Assembly (NCBI RefSeq): GCF_000007985.2
Contig: NC_002939.5
Coordinates: 2,970,001 to 3,002,000, forward strand
DNA from: Geobacter sulfurreducens PCA
GTDB lineage: Bacteria > Desulfobacterota > Desulfuromonadia > Geobacterales > Geobacteraceae
Length of the DNA: 32,000 nt
Direction: 5' to 3'
Shown here: positions 17,322 through 26,382 of the stretch, one piece after another
How the letters are laid out: the number at the start of each line of letters is the position of its first letter
Numbering within the stretch: the stretch's first letter is position 1
Program-made: the position numbers and the translations under genes
The notes under the pieces: generated by a model
Seen by the model: only the letters and a program-made list of their open reading frames with translations
Database searches by the model: none
What the model was told of the DNA's origin: nothing

Positions 17322-17358
17322 AATACCGGCATGACATACGTCGTGCCGGTATTTTTTT
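17322..17358 (+). terminator. Intrinsic terminator of the ferredoxin gene
   Basis: AATACCGGCATGAC (17322..17335) pairs with GTCGTGCCGGTATT (17340..17353) (14 bp incl. one G-U); loop ATAC; T7 run 17352..17358. Confidence 0.65.
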
Positions 17359-17363
17359 GCTCT

Positions 17364-17407
17364 GACAACGAAAAAGGCCGGCTTTCATGCCGGCCTTTTT
17401 CGTTGTC
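17364..17407. terminator. Bidirectional terminator hairpin with a perfect 19-bp stem
   Basis: GACAACGAAAAAGGCCGGC (17364..17382) pairs with GCCGGCCTTTTTCGTTGTC (17389..17407). The A-run and T-run inside the stem give a U-tract on either strand. It lies between the ferredoxin gene (+) and the zinc-ribbon gene (-). Confidence 0.7.
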
Positions 17408-17503
17408 CACTATTCAATAGCTGGTCGAATCCACCCAATCAGAGAATCTGCCTCGCTAGCCCCATCTGTACCACAGGTCAGGATGCTTGATCGGGCCTCA
17501 TAC

Positions 17504-18961
17504 TCACTGGGTGGCAACAGTTGAACCGGTCACCTCCACGGTGAAATCAGTCGCCTCCCGGGGGATATTTGCCAGAACAATCACAAAGGGGATCCTCTTA
17601 CCCGGCTGGACTCCCAGGTTCGACAGGGAATCGCCGAACTGGTTATTCATGGCTGACTCGATCTTTGCCATGGGGAGCGAGGCTATCTGTTCGTCGCTCA
17701 GGCTGTTGCCGCAGTAGGCAATCTTTTGCACGACCGCCTGGCCTCCCGACCCCAGCAGCGCGCCCTTCACCTGGATGGACGCCCGGGGCTTGCGGTAGTT
17801 ATTAATGGCTTCGCCGCGAATCACGAAAACCTCTCCCGCCTCCGCGTTGGCCAGATACCCCCCTCTGACCTTGTCAAGGCCGATCCCTCCCTCCTCCCGC
17901 GCTTCAAATCCGAGCCACTCGGCCACAAAGCCGATGCCGAGCTTATTGAAGGCGGCAGGGCCCTCCTTGAAGAAGTAGAAGCCGAACCCGGCAAGGGCTA
18001 CGATCACGAGGACCGACACCACAATGGCAACGAGGGGAAGCAGGGAGCGCCCCTTGCGGCGTGACGAGATGACAAGAGGTGGAGCCTCCTCCTCTCCAAA
18101 GGGAACATCAAGGGGGGACAACGGTGCTGTCGTTACAGCGGGTTCAGTCACAGGCTGCTCAGGAACCGCTGCGACTGTCGCCTGCTGGGTGCGATCACGG
18201 GGCTCGGGCTCCGGCGCAGTCTCATCAATACCGAGATCAAGCTCACCGAAATCGAAAGGTTCCGCTTCTTCTTCAGCCTCGATCTTCGGGGAGGCATCTT
18301 CTTTTGCCACCCCCTCCTCGAACTCCAAAGCAAAGTCGCCGGTGGAACCTTCTTCCCGCCCCCCCGCATCAGTCGCGGCAGCAAAGGCCTCGGGACTCAC
18401 CTCGCCAAAGGCGATCCCGTCCCCGAATCCGCCAACGGCAGACGCAGCTTCAGGTTCGGCCGGCCGCGACTGCTCTTCCGTGACAGACTCCTCTTCGAAT
18501 CCACCGAAATCAAACACCTCCGGCTCCGAAGCAGTTGACTGCCCCGCCTGGTTTTCGCTCCCTGCCGTTGGTTCTCCGCCGAAGTCGAACGAAAAATCCT
18601 CATCAGTAGCGGCCGGGCCTGAAGGTATTCCCGAGGAAACCGCCAGGTTGTCGGCGGCTTCCTCGGCATCAGAATCAGCGGGAGCAAATGACGGAGCCTG
18701 GGCCTGCTGAGGCGCCCAAGCCGGTTCACTCTCTTGCGTTGGCTCCTGGGACGCGGCCACGGCGGCAGCGGAAGCACCCCTGCCCTCCGTTGCATCCAGC
18801 CCTTGCAGAATCGAGTCGAAATCCGGCTCTTCCGCGGGAGCTTCTTTTTTTATGACGAAAATATGTCGGCACTTGGAACAACGGACCTTGATGCCGGCGG
18901 CTGTTACCTTGGAGTCGTCAAGCCGGAATTTGCTGCTGCATTGCGCACACTGGATGATCAT
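17504..18961 (-). CDS. MJ0042-type zinc-ribbon / DUF3426 membrane protein with an acidic disordered linker
   Basis: N-terminus MIIQCAQCSSKFRLDD...VRCSKCRHIF (CxxC...CxxC). About 250 aa of D/E/A/P-rich low complexity follows. One TM helix (LLPLVAIVVSVLVIVALAGFGFYFF). The C-terminal beta-rich domain resembles DUF3426. Confidence 0.85.
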   Translation of the reverse strand: MIIQCAQCSSKFRLDDSKVTAAGIKVRCSKCRHIFVIKKEAPAEEPDFDSILQGLDATEGRGASAAAVAASQEPTQESEPAWAPQQAQAPSFAPADSDAEEAADNLAVSSGIPSGPAATDEDFSFDFGGEPTAGSENQAGQSTASEPEVFDFGGFEEESVTEEQSRPAEPEAASAVGGFGDGIAFGEVSPEAFAAATDAGGREEGSTGDFALEFEEGVAKEDASPKIEAEEEAEPFDFGELDLGIDETAPEPEPRDRTQQATVAAVPEQPVTEPAVTTAPLSPLDVPFGEEEAPPLVISSRRKGRSLLPLVAIVVSVLVIVALAGFGFYFFKEGPAAFNKLGIGFVAEWLGFEAREEGGIGLDKVRGGYLANAEAGEVFVIRGEAINNYRKPRASIQVKGALLGSGGQAVVQKIAYCGNSLSDEQIASLPMAKIESAMNNQFGDSLSNLGVQPGKRIPFVIVLANIPREATDFTVEVTGSTVATQ

Positions 18962-19178
18962 TGGTCACTCCACGGTGAGAGGTGGGGCAGCGGAAGAAGG
19001 CCGCCACGGCAAAAAACGGCGCCGAGTCGGTAATTTCGGACTTTTCTATAACAGATAAGGGCACTTAGTGTCAATTCAATATGGTCACCAGCCCCCCCTT
19101 TATGCTATACCATTTCAAGGAAGCCATGAAAAGAATCCAGCCATGGTTCAAAATATTTTCAGCAATCGGAGAACGCGC

Positions 19179-19868
19179 ATGCGCCAACGGCTCGCCCCAT
19201 TACTGACCATCATGCTGCTCCTTCAGTGCGTTACTGCGGCATTCGCCGCACCAACCCTGTCGGTGGACAAGCCGTTTTTTGATTTCGGAACCATCCCTCA
19301 AGGGAAAAAGCTCGATCATGTCTTTACGCTGAAGAACAAGGGAGACTCCCCTCTGTCGATCGTAAGGACCAAATCATCCTGCGGCTGCACCGTGATCAGC
19401 CTCCCCCGCAAAACCATCGAGCCGGGAGGAAGCGTTGAACTCAAGACCACATTCGACTCGACCACGTTCGGCGGCAAGGTCACCAAGACCATAACCGTCG
19501 AAACCAATGATCCTGCAAACCCGAATTACACGCTCACCCTCACGGGGGTTGTCAGCGAGGTACTGGTTGTGGCGCCCCGGCAGTTGAACCTGGGACAGAT
19601 AAAGGCGGGAACAAGCGGGACATTCACCGTGACGGTGGACAACAAGGGAAACCGCCCCGTGAAGATAACCTCCGCCACCTCCCCTATGCCGCAGGTCAAG
19701 GTGACAGCCGGCAAACAGAGCATCAAGCCCGGCGAAAGCACTTCCATCACCATATCGGTGGCACCCCGGCCGGAAGACCGGTTCCTGAGCGGATTCATCA
19801 TCATCAAGACCGATATGCCGGGCAAACCCGAAATCACCGTGCCGGTGTACGGCTCTGTGTCGAAGTAG
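19179..19868 (+). CDS. Secreted DUF1573-domain protein (two Ig-like/PapD-like modules)
   Basis: Start chosen at ATG 19179 (GGAGAA 5 nt upstream; signal peptide MRQRLAPLLTIMLLLQCVTAAFA). FDFGTIPQGKKLDHVFTLKNKGDSPLSIVRTKSSCGCT is the DUF1573 signature. Alternative starts: ATG 19143 and GTG 19068. Confidence 0.8.
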   Translation: MRQRLAPLLTIMLLLQCVTAAFAAPTLSVDKPFFDFGTIPQGKKLDHVFTLKNKGDSPLSIVRTKSSCGCTVISLPRKTIEPGGSVELKTTFDSTTFGGKVTKTITVETNDPANPNYTLTLTGVVSEVLVVAPRQLNLGQIKAGTSGTFTVTVDNKGNRPVKITSATSPMPQVKVTAGKQSIKPGESTSITISVAPRPEDRFLSGFIIIKTDMPGKPEITVPVYGSVSK

Positions 19869-20727
19869 CGGCGGCCTCCAGGTCTTCCTTGAGATCAAGG
19901 TAGGCGCGCTCCACGTTCACGTCGAAAAACGTGCGGAAGCCGGGCATGGCGTCGTAACGCGGTAGCCTGAACTGGGCCTTTGTCTCGGGAAGACTCCTGC
20001 CGGCCTCGATGTGACGCAGAACCTCGGTGAGAAATTCCTTGAAGAAGAGCCTGAACCGCCTGAGCCCGGCACGGTCGGACACATCACCGAGGCCGGGAAG
20101 CACGTGCTTTGCCCCCACCGCTTCCAGGCTTTCCAGAGTGACGACCCAATCACGCATCTTCCCTTCCCCCATGTACCCCACCACGTCGTTGTAAAAGAGA
20201 TCCGACGTAAAGAGCACCCCTTCGTTCGGAAGGTAGATGATGATGTCACCTTCCCGGTGACCGAACTCGGTACTGTTCAGGACCAGGACCGTTTTCCCCC
20301 GGATGAGGGTCAACCCTTTATCGAAGAAGGTCACGTGATTGCGAAGCTGGCGCGACTCCCCCCTGAGAGACTGCCAGGTCTGCCAGGAGGTTATGATCTC
20401 CACGTTGGCGGGAAAGTCGAAATCCACATGATTATAGCCGGGATGATGGTGGGTAAGTATCACGTAGCGCAGAGGAATGGGGGTGATCTCGGCAATTGCG
20501 TCGATCAACTCGCGGATCCCTTCGGGGATGAAATGGGCTCCCGCCAAGATTACCTGATAGGGGGTAACCACAATCATCGCGTTGCTGGCGGCCTTTCCCT
20601 CCGGCAGGGCAATGGCCGCATATACCCCTTCCTCCATCTGCTTTATTTCGTAATGGGCAGCCTGGGCGGGGGTAAAGCCGACAACGAGACAGAGCACGAC
20701 AAGAAGGATGACAGGTACGTTCTTCAT
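19834..20727 (-). CDS. Secreted metallo-beta-lactamase-fold protein with degenerate metal-binding motifs
   Basis: Start chosen at ATG 20727 (signal peptide MKNVPVILLVVLCLVVGFTPAQA). MBL-like blocks: VILTHHHPGYNH, EFGHREGD, LFTSDLF and VLPGLGD. Its 3' end overlaps the convergent DUF1573 gene by 35 nt. Confidence 0.75.
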   Translation of the reverse strand: MKNVPVILLVVLCLVVGFTPAQAAHYEIKQMEEGVYAAIALPEGKAASNAMIVVTPYQVILAGAHFIPEGIRELIDAIAEITPIPLRYVILTHHHPGYNHVDFDFPANVEIITSWQTWQSLRGESRQLRNHVTFFDKGLTLIRGKTVLVLNSTEFGHREGDIIIYLPNEGVLFTSDLFYNDVVGYMGEGKMRDWVVTLESLEAVGAKHVLPGLGDVSDRAGLRRFRLFFKEFLTEVLRHIEAGRSLPETKAQFRLPRYDAMPGFRTFFDVNVERAYLDLKEDLEAAATSTQSRTPAR

Positions 20728-20827
20728 GACCCTCGAACCTTGAAATTTTCGACCAGTGTAGCAAAAGGGTGCACCTAAACACAACCGCGGCATGGATTCA
20801 GAGACCGGCATCGAAAAAACTTTCCTC

Positions 20828-20856
20828 TTGTGAAATCATCGATGATGGTGTATCAA
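20828..20856 (+). promoter_or_regulatory. Possible sigma70 promoter of tRNA-Arg
   Basis: TTGTGA (20828..20833), a 17-nt spacer, then TATCAA (20851..20856), 11 nt before the tRNA 5' end. Confidence 0.35.
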
Positions 20857-20867
20857 TAGAGATTCGC

Positions 20868-20944
20868 GGGCGGTTAGCTCAGTTGGATAGAGCGCAGGCC
20901 TCCGAAGCCTGAGGTCGCTGGTTCGAATCCAGTATCGCCCGCCA
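20868..20944 (+). tRNA. tRNA-Arg (anticodon CCG), CCA encoded
   Basis: Folded by hand. Acceptor stem 20868..20874 / 20934..20940. D arm GCUC-AGUUGGAUA-GAGC. Anticodon stem CAGGC/GCCUG with loop CUCCGAA (anticodon CCG at 20902..20904). 5-nt variable loop. T arm GCUGG-UUCGAAU-CCAGU. Discriminator G followed by CCA. Confidence 0.95.
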
Positions 20945-20972
20945 TTTACATGAACCAAGCGAATTCGCTTGC

Positions 20973-21010
20973 AAAAAACCCCGCCGGCATGAAGCCCGGC
21001 GGGGTTTTTT
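20973..21010. terminator. Bidirectional terminator shared by tRNA-Arg (+) and the large surface-protein gene (-)
   Basis: AAAAAACCCCGCCGG (20973..20987) pairs with CCGGCGGGGTTTTTT (20996..21010) around an 8-nt loop. Confidence 0.75.
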
Positions 21011-21029
21011 CATTGGCCGTGGCTCCCGG

Positions 21030-23624
21030 TCAGCGGATGACCACATTCTGGGCCGTGAGCGAGCCCCTACCCACCGTAACAACGCCCTGCAACGTCGTTA
21101 AGCCGGGGCTGGACGAGAACGTTGCGTCATACCCTCCCTTGAAGAGCACGGCTATGGCGTTTGCCAAGGTCACGTTGCCGGCAAGCTCGGTCGCCTGGGT
21201 CTCGATGGTGCATGAAGTTCCCCCGATGCACGCGGCATAGGCCTCAGCGATTGTTGAATAATAGCTCGTGGTTCCCGCAGTAAGCTTCACGGGAGGCATT
21301 TTCGTGAATGTTGCCGTCACGGCCACGGGGCCATACTGGGTAACCGTACAGCCATCAGTACCGGAGCAGGCACCCGACCAGCCGGCAAAAATCGATCCAG
21401 CGCTCGGCGTTGCGCTGAGCACCACCGGAGCAGCATTAAAGACCGCGCTGCACCCTGAACCGTCGAGACAGCTAATGCCTCCCGGCGCGCTCGACACGGT
21501 GCCGCCACCCGTGCCGACAACGGTCACACTGAGGTTGATGCCGGGCGTAACGGTGATTTCGGCCGATTTCGGTCCTTCCACGCCGTTCTTGAGTACCGAT
21601 ACAGCAATGTAGTAGGTAACGCCGTTCATCAGGCCGGAAATCACATGTGCCGGGGTAGTGCCAACCGGGTCGGGGGTCGCATAGTTACCCGATGTAATAC
21701 CGTAGTAAACCTTGTAGCCGGTAATGCCCGACTCCTGGCTGGCGGTCCAGGAAATGCCCGCCGTACCATTGCCCGGCACGCCGGAGAGACCGGTCGGCGC
21801 GGCCGGCCGATCCAGGGAGAAGGATGCTGTCACGTTCTTCGCACCATCCATGGTTACCGTGCAGACGGGAGAGGTGCCGGCGCAGTCGCCGCCCCACCCC
21901 GTAAAGACATAGCCGGTTGCAGGAGCCGCGGTGAGGGCAACCGAATCGCCCTGAAGGTAGTCGCCTTCTCCCGACAGATCCACCCAGGTAAAGGCGCCCA
22001 GATCATCGGCAACGCTGCCCCCACCCGTAGTCGAAACGCTGAGGGTCTCCTTCCGGCCGAAGATCCGGTGGACGTGGATGTCGGTATCGCCTTCCTCCCG
22101 GGTGAAGGTGCTCACCAGGACAATGTTTCCATCGGGTTGGAGCGCTACGCCCTGTCCTTCGTCATCGCCCGAATTGATGGTATAGAACCCGTAGAAATTG
22201 TAGATGGTGTTGTCTGTAGTTCCGTCGGCATTGAGTCGGAACACAAGGATATCGGTGTCGGTCGCGTAACCGAAGGACCCCACCACAACGATCTTGCCGT
22301 CAGGCTGGATCACCAGTGCTTCGGCCCTGTCGTTATACACGTCGCCATCCTTGTAATCCCCCACCGGGGCATTGAAATCATTGTCCCGCGTACCGTTCTC
22401 ATTGAGGCGGAGCACCCAGATATCCGTGTCACCCGCACCCCACTGATAGGCCCCTACCACCACGATTTTGCCGTCAGGCTGGACGGCTATCCCCAGGCCT
22501 TCGTCGTTGCCGGCATCGCCGGCCATGAAGAAATTATTCAATCCGTCATTAAAGTTGTCGAGGGTGCCGTCGGTTTTGAGTCGCTGCACAAAGAGATCGG
22601 TTTCGCCGCTCGGGTTAGCATAGGTGCCGACGAGCAGTATCTTCCCGTCCGCCTGGAGCGCTACTCCATTCCCGAAACTGTTGCCGGGAAGGTTGGGCCG
22701 GTAGTAGCCGGTATTGCCGTTGAAGGCGCTGTCGAGCACTCCGGTCGCCGTAAGACGGATCACCTGGATTTTTTTCGCTCCGGCAACATCCCTGGAGCCG
22801 ATAATCACGATCCTGCCGTCGGGCTGAACCAGCAGATTTCCGGCCTCGTTGGCGCCGGAGGCCCCCTCCTGGTACTTCCCGCCCGTGCCGAAAGAGGTAT
22901 CAAGTACGCCGGCTGAATCGTAGCGTCGAACCTCCCAGGCGGTAGTGGCACTTCCCACGGTACCGAGAACGAGAATTTTGCCGTCGCCCTGCAACGCCAC
23001 GCCGGCGGCACGGTCAGCCGTGCCCGCGTCAATCACGACTGAACCCTGAACCCCGAAGCCGGTGTCCGGCTCCCCCTGCGCCGTGAGTCGCCAGAGGACG
23101 ATGTCGGTATTGCCCGCCGCCTGCTCCACGGTGCCGACCACCAGCAGCTTGCCGTCCGGCTGCACCACGACCCCCTTGCCCCGGTCGCTCCCCGTGCCGC
23201 CTAACAATGCCACTCCCTGGCCGCCGAAAAAGCCGGTATCGATGAGGTCGTCATAAACGATGGCGGCGGGATAAGGGGGATCGGGGACCGCCACCCCGTC
23301 CTGCTGAAACTGGAGGAATACGTCGTAAAAGGAAAGACTGAGCGGTTCAGTCAGCTTAAAGCGCTTTGATGCCGCAACCGGCTCCCAGTCTGTCCAGGTG
23401 CTGTCGTCGATGCTGAAGCGCATCGCCTGCACGGTTCCCCCGTGCAGGGCGGCATTGATGCCGAGCGTCACCATGGGATAGTTGGTGAACTTCGCACCGC
23501 CGTTGATAGTCAAAACATCGGCCTGGGCGGCTACCTGCAGCACGAGCACCATGCCGGCAGTTGCCGGCAGGAGACGAGCGTAACGGCCAAGCTGTCCTGC
23601 AACCCGAATCATCAATCCGATCAT
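21030..23624 (-). CDS. Secreted 864-aa surface protein: N-terminal domain, seven delta-60 repeats (propeller), InlB-B-like repeat, FN3, second InlB-B-like repeat, C-terminal domain
   Basis: Signal peptide ending VAAQA. Seven units ending [VL]Q[PGA]DG[KRN][IL]xxxG at residues 155, 212, 267, 324, 382, 440 and 496. GYVFTGWGGDC and SIFAGWSGAC modules. FN3-like ISWTAS...GYKVYYG...YYIAVSV. Confidence 0.9.
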   Translation of the reverse strand: MIGLMIRVAGQLGRYARLLPATAGMVLVLQVAAQADVLTINGGAKFTNYPMVTLGINAALHGGTVQAMRFSIDDSTWTDWEPVAASKRFKLTEPLSLSFYDVFLQFQQDGVAVPDPPYPAAIVYDDLIDTGFFGGQGVALLGGTGSDRGKGVVVQPDGKLLVVGTVEQAAGNTDIVLWRLTAQGEPDTGFGVQGSVVIDAGTADRAAGVALQGDGKILVLGTVGSATTAWEVRRYDSAGVLDTSFGTGGKYQEGASGANEAGNLLVQPDGRIVIIGSRDVAGAKKIQVIRLTATGVLDSAFNGNTGYYRPNLPGNSFGNGVALQADGKILLVGTYANPSGETDLFVQRLKTDGTLDNFNDGLNNFFMAGDAGNDEGLGIAVQPDGKIVVVGAYQWGAGDTDIWVLRLNENGTRDNDFNAPVGDYKDGDVYNDRAEALVIQPDGKIVVVGSFGYATDTDILVFRLNADGTTDNTIYNFYGFYTINSGDDEGQGVALQPDGNIVLVSTFTREEGDTDIHVHRIFGRKETLSVSTTGGGSVADDLGAFTWVDLSGEGDYLQGDSVALTAAPATGYVFTGWGGDCAGTSPVCTVTMDGAKNVTASFSLDRPAAPTGLSGVPGNGTAGISWTASQESGITGYKVYYGITSGNYATPDPVGTTPAHVISGLMNGVTYYIAVSVLKNGVEGPKSAEITVTPGINLSVTVVGTGGGTVSSAPGGISCLDGSGCSAVFNAAPVVLSATPSAGSIFAGWSGACSGTDGCTVTQYGPVAVTATFTKMPPVKLTAGTTSYYSTIAEAYAACIGGTSCTIETQATELAGNVTLANAIAVLFKGGYDATFSSSPGLTTLQGVVTVGRGSLTAQNVVIR
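22059..23252 (-). repeat. Seven tandem coding repeats of about 55-58 codons (delta-60 type) inside the surface-protein gene
   Basis: The spacing between successive QPDGK-type motifs is 57, 55, 57, 58, 58 and 56 residues. Each unit carries DTDI/TD-hydrophobic-R(L) and LD..F elements. Confidence 0.6.
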
Positions 23625-23763
23625 CTTACCCCTCCGTGCACTGACACTCAGGCAGACATTCTACCTGGGACCACTCTAATTTTCCAGACATCATTTCCAC
23701 CGCGTGAAGACAGCCTGTCGACAGATTGTTGCCATCACATCGCCGGCGTGCTATCTGTCAGGC

Positions 23764-24462
23764 ATGATTCTGCCACGACCTCTTTACTCCGGCACCCTGA
23801 TCCGGCGCTACCAGCGCTTCCTGGCCGACGTACGCCTCGACGACGGGACGGTGGTCACCGCCCACTGCCCGAACTCGGGGAGCATGAAAGGATGCTGCCA
23901 GCCGGGAAGCGCCGTGTTCCTTTCTCTCAGCGACAATCCGAAGCGGCGCCTCGCCTACACCTGGGAACTGGTCATGGCTGACGGCTACTGGGCGGGGATA
24001 AACACGGGCCTCCCCAACCGGCTCGTCCGGGAGGGGATTGAAAACGGCACCGTCGCGGAACTCCTGGGGTATGAGCGCATCCGGCCCGAAGTCCGCTACG
24101 GGACGAACAGCCGGGTGGATCTGCTGCTGGAAGGGCCTGGCCGCTGCTGGGTCGAAGTGAAAAATGTGACCCTCGTGGAAGGGGGAACGGCCCTCTTCCC
24201 CGACGCCGTGACGGAACGGGGGCAAAAACACCTGCGGGAGTTGATGGAGGTGGTGCGGCAGGGGGACCGGGGAGTGATCTTCTTCGTGGTCCAGCGTGGC
24301 GACGGGTCTGCCGTGGCCCCGGCGGACGCCATTGACCCGGTGTACGGCCGGCTTCTGCGGCAGGCCGTGACTGCCGGGGTAGAAGCCCTGGCCTACCGGG
24401 CGCTCGTAACGCCGGAGGAAATCCGGCTCACGGAGCGGCTGCCGGTGCTTGCCGGGGAATGA
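23764..24462 (+). CDS. sfsA: Sugar fermentation stimulation protein A family (SfsA) DNA-binding protein
   Basis: ATG 23764. Near-colinear with E. coli SfsA from memory: [41 protein letters not shown] and VIFFVVQR. Confidence 0.9.
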   Translation: MILPRPLYSGTLIRRYQRFLADVRLDDGTVVTAHCPNSGSMKGCCQPGSAVFLSLSDNPKRRLAYTWELVMADGYWAGINTGLPNRLVREGIENGTVAELLGYERIRPEVRYGTNSRVDLLLEGPGRCWVEVKNVTLVEGGTALFPDAVTERGQKHLRELMEVVRQGDRGVIFFVVQRGDGSAVAPADAIDPVYGRLLRQAVTAGVEALAYRALVTPEEIRLTERLPVLAGE

Positions 24463-24466
24463 TCCC

Positions 24467-24922
24467 TCACCCTCCGGACAGCCTCAGCACCAGGGCGCGG
24501 GCCACATGGTCGGCCTCAGCCAGGTTGGCGCGGGCCCTATCGCTGAACCCTTCCCCGTGGCTGAAATCTTCTCCCGGCACGGTCACGAGCCATGCCGGCG
24601 GGGTCCGGCCGTAAAGCTTCCCGGCATAGGCCAGAAGCAGCTCGGGAGCCAGGTGGTGCCCCAGGGCACCCTCGCCGGATGAAGCCGCCAGAGAGACGGC
24701 AGCCACCGAGCTCATGCCGCCGACGGCCGGGCAGGCGTCAAAAAAGATGACGCCGGTCACCTCCGGGGCGGCGATCTCCTCGGCCATCTCGGGCAGGAGC
24801 TGATGGGCTTCGACGGCACGCACGCTGCCCAGAGGGGAGCCCCCCTCCACCATCGCAGGAAGGACCGCCCCGGCCCCATCGTCGCGCCGCAGGCGATTGC
24901 CGTAGCCGATCAGCAGGACCAT
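24467..24922 (-). CDS. hoxW: [NiFe]-hydrogenase maturation endopeptidase
   Basis: 151 aa. LLIGYGNRLRRDDGAG, FFDA and the later His are HycI/HoxW-type protease motifs. It lies directly downstream of hoxH. Confidence 0.85.
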   Translation of the reverse strand: MVLLIGYGNRLRRDDGAGAVLPAMVEGGSPLGSVRAVEAHQLLPEMAEEIAAPEVTGVIFFDACPAVGGMSSVAAVSLAASSGEGALGHHLAPELLLAYAGKLYGRTPPAWLVTVPGEDFSHGEGFSDRARANLAEADHVARALVLRLSGG

Positions 24923-24937
24923 GACCTGCCCCTCTCG

Positions 24938-26374
24938 CTATCTTCCCCGTTTCGCCTCATCCAGCACCGTCCCGTCCGGCCCCAGGAGCATCACCCGCAG
25001 CGGCATCCTGCCGTAGGCATGCGTGGCGCAGGAAAGGCAGGGATCATAGGCCCGCACACCGTGCTCGATCCGGTTGAGAATCCCTTCCGTGAACTCCCCT
25101 CCCCTGATGAACTCCGCCGCCACCTGCCGGATGGTCCGGTTAATGGCCAGATTGTTCATGCCGGTGGCGATAAGCAGGTTCACACGGCTGACAATGCCGT
25201 CGTCATCCACCTCGTAGTCATGAAAGAGGGTGCCGCGGGGCGCTTCGCAGAAGCCGACACCGGCCGGCCGATTCACTCCGGCCTCGCTCCGGACGTGGCG
25301 ATCCAGGATGTCCGGCTCGTCCAGGAGCATCCCGATCCGCTCCAGGGCGTGGAGGATCTCGATGAGCCGGGCATGGTGGTAGTGGAAACTGCCGGTGACC
25401 ATGCCGCCGGCGCCGCGCACCTGCCGGAACGCGGCAAGTTCGCGGTCGGCCTCGGGGGTCCCGGCGCGGTCGCAGATATTTAACCGGGCCAGGGGCCCCA
25501 CCCGGAACATCCCCCCCCCTTCCCGGTCGCCATGGGGATGGTAGTAGGGGAAGGTCATGTAGCTCCAGGGCTCGGCCCGCTCGGTTACGGCCTGGGCGTA
25601 GTGCTCCGGGGAAAGCTCATCCACGTGGACGCCTGCCGAATCGGTGAAGCGGAGGGAGCCGTCGTAGTGCTCCAGACCGCCGTCAGATGCCGTCAGCCCC
25701 GCGAAGAGCGAGGGAAAGTCCCCATACGCGGTTATTTCGGCTTCGTGGCGGGCGTAGATGCCGTCAAGCATGCCCAGGGCGCCCCGGACGATGGCGAGCC
25801 CCTCGGGCAGAAGCGCGGCGATCCGGTCCCGGCCTTCCGGGGAGAGCGGCTCACGGACTCCGCCCGGCACCGCCCAGGAGGGATGGATGCTCTCTCCGGC
25901 CACGTCGCTTACGATCTTCTGGCCGATCTGACGGAGACGGATGCCGCCGCGGGCCACCTCCGGGTGGTGCGCCACCAGGCCCCAGAGGTTGCGGCGGGAG
26001 GGCTCCTCGTCCATACCCATGAGAAGATCGGCGGCGGAGAGGTGGAAGAAGCTCAGGGCATGGCTCTGGATGAGAGAGGCCAGATTGGCGATCCGGCGCA
26101 GGTGGACTGCGGCCGGGGGAATCTCCACGCCGAGGATGGCATCGCCGGCACGGGCAGCGGAGATGGAGTGGCTCACGGGGCAGATGCCGCAGATGCGGGC
26201 GGTGATGCCGGGCATCTCCCAGATGCTGCGGCCGATGCATATCCGCTCGAACCCGCGGAATTCGGTCACGTGAAACCTAGCATCGGCCACGGCACCGGCA
26301 TCGTTGAGCCGGATGGTGATGGTCGCGTGCCCTTCGATACGGGTGACGGGATCTATGGTTATGGTGCGGGACAT
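24938..26374 (-). CDS. hoxH: NAD-linked (bidirectional, group 3d-like) [NiFe]-hydrogenase large subunit
   Basis: Start at ATG 26374 ([16 protein letters not shown]). [10 protein letters not shown] near the N-terminus. DPCLSCATH is followed by a 26-residue C-terminal extension. The track start at 26440 overlaps hoxY and is rejected. Confidence 0.95.
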   Translation of the reverse strand: MSRTITIDPVTRIEGHATITIRLNDAGAVADARFHVTEFRGFERICIGRSIWEMPGITARICGICPVSHSISAARAGDAILGVEIPPAAVHLRRIANLASLIQSHALSFFHLSAADLLMGMDEEPSRRNLWGLVAHHPEVARGGIRLRQIGQKIVSDVAGESIHPSWAVPGGVREPLSPEGRDRIAALLPEGLAIVRGALGMLDGIYARHEAEITAYGDFPSLFAGLTASDGGLEHYDGSLRFTDSAGVHVDELSPEHYAQAVTERAEPWSYMTFPYYHPHGDREGGGMFRVGPLARLNICDRAGTPEADRELAAFRQVRGAGGMVTGSFHYHHARLIEILHALERIGMLLDEPDILDRHVRSEAGVNRPAGVGFCEAPRGTLFHDYEVDDDGIVSRVNLLIATGMNNLAINRTIRQVAAEFIRGGEFTEGILNRIEHGVRAYDPCLSCATHAYGRMPLRVMLLGPDGTVLDEAKRGR

Positions 26375-26382
26375 GGAGATAC

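Noticed and set aside
19127-19207. 26-codon ORF (MKRIQPWFKIFSAIGERACANGSPHY) with AAGGAAG upstream, out of frame with the DUF1573 gene.
   Set aside because: It has no hydrophobic or other recognisable character and overlaps the better-supported DUF1573 start. It is probably a chance ORF, and I have low confidence either way.
20957-20970. 14-nt perfect palindrome AAGCGAATTCGCTT just after tRNA-Arg.
   Set aside because: It is a short hairpin adjacent to the real terminator, occurs once only, and most likely forms part of the tRNA 3' trailer structure. There is no evidence for a protein-binding role.
20868-23700. Possibility that tRNA-Arg marks an integrated genomic island, with the large surface-protein gene as cargo.
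   Set aside because: I found no integrase gene, no visible direct repeat of the tRNA 3' end downstream, and no GC drop in 21030..23624. This cannot be excluded without comparing related genomes.
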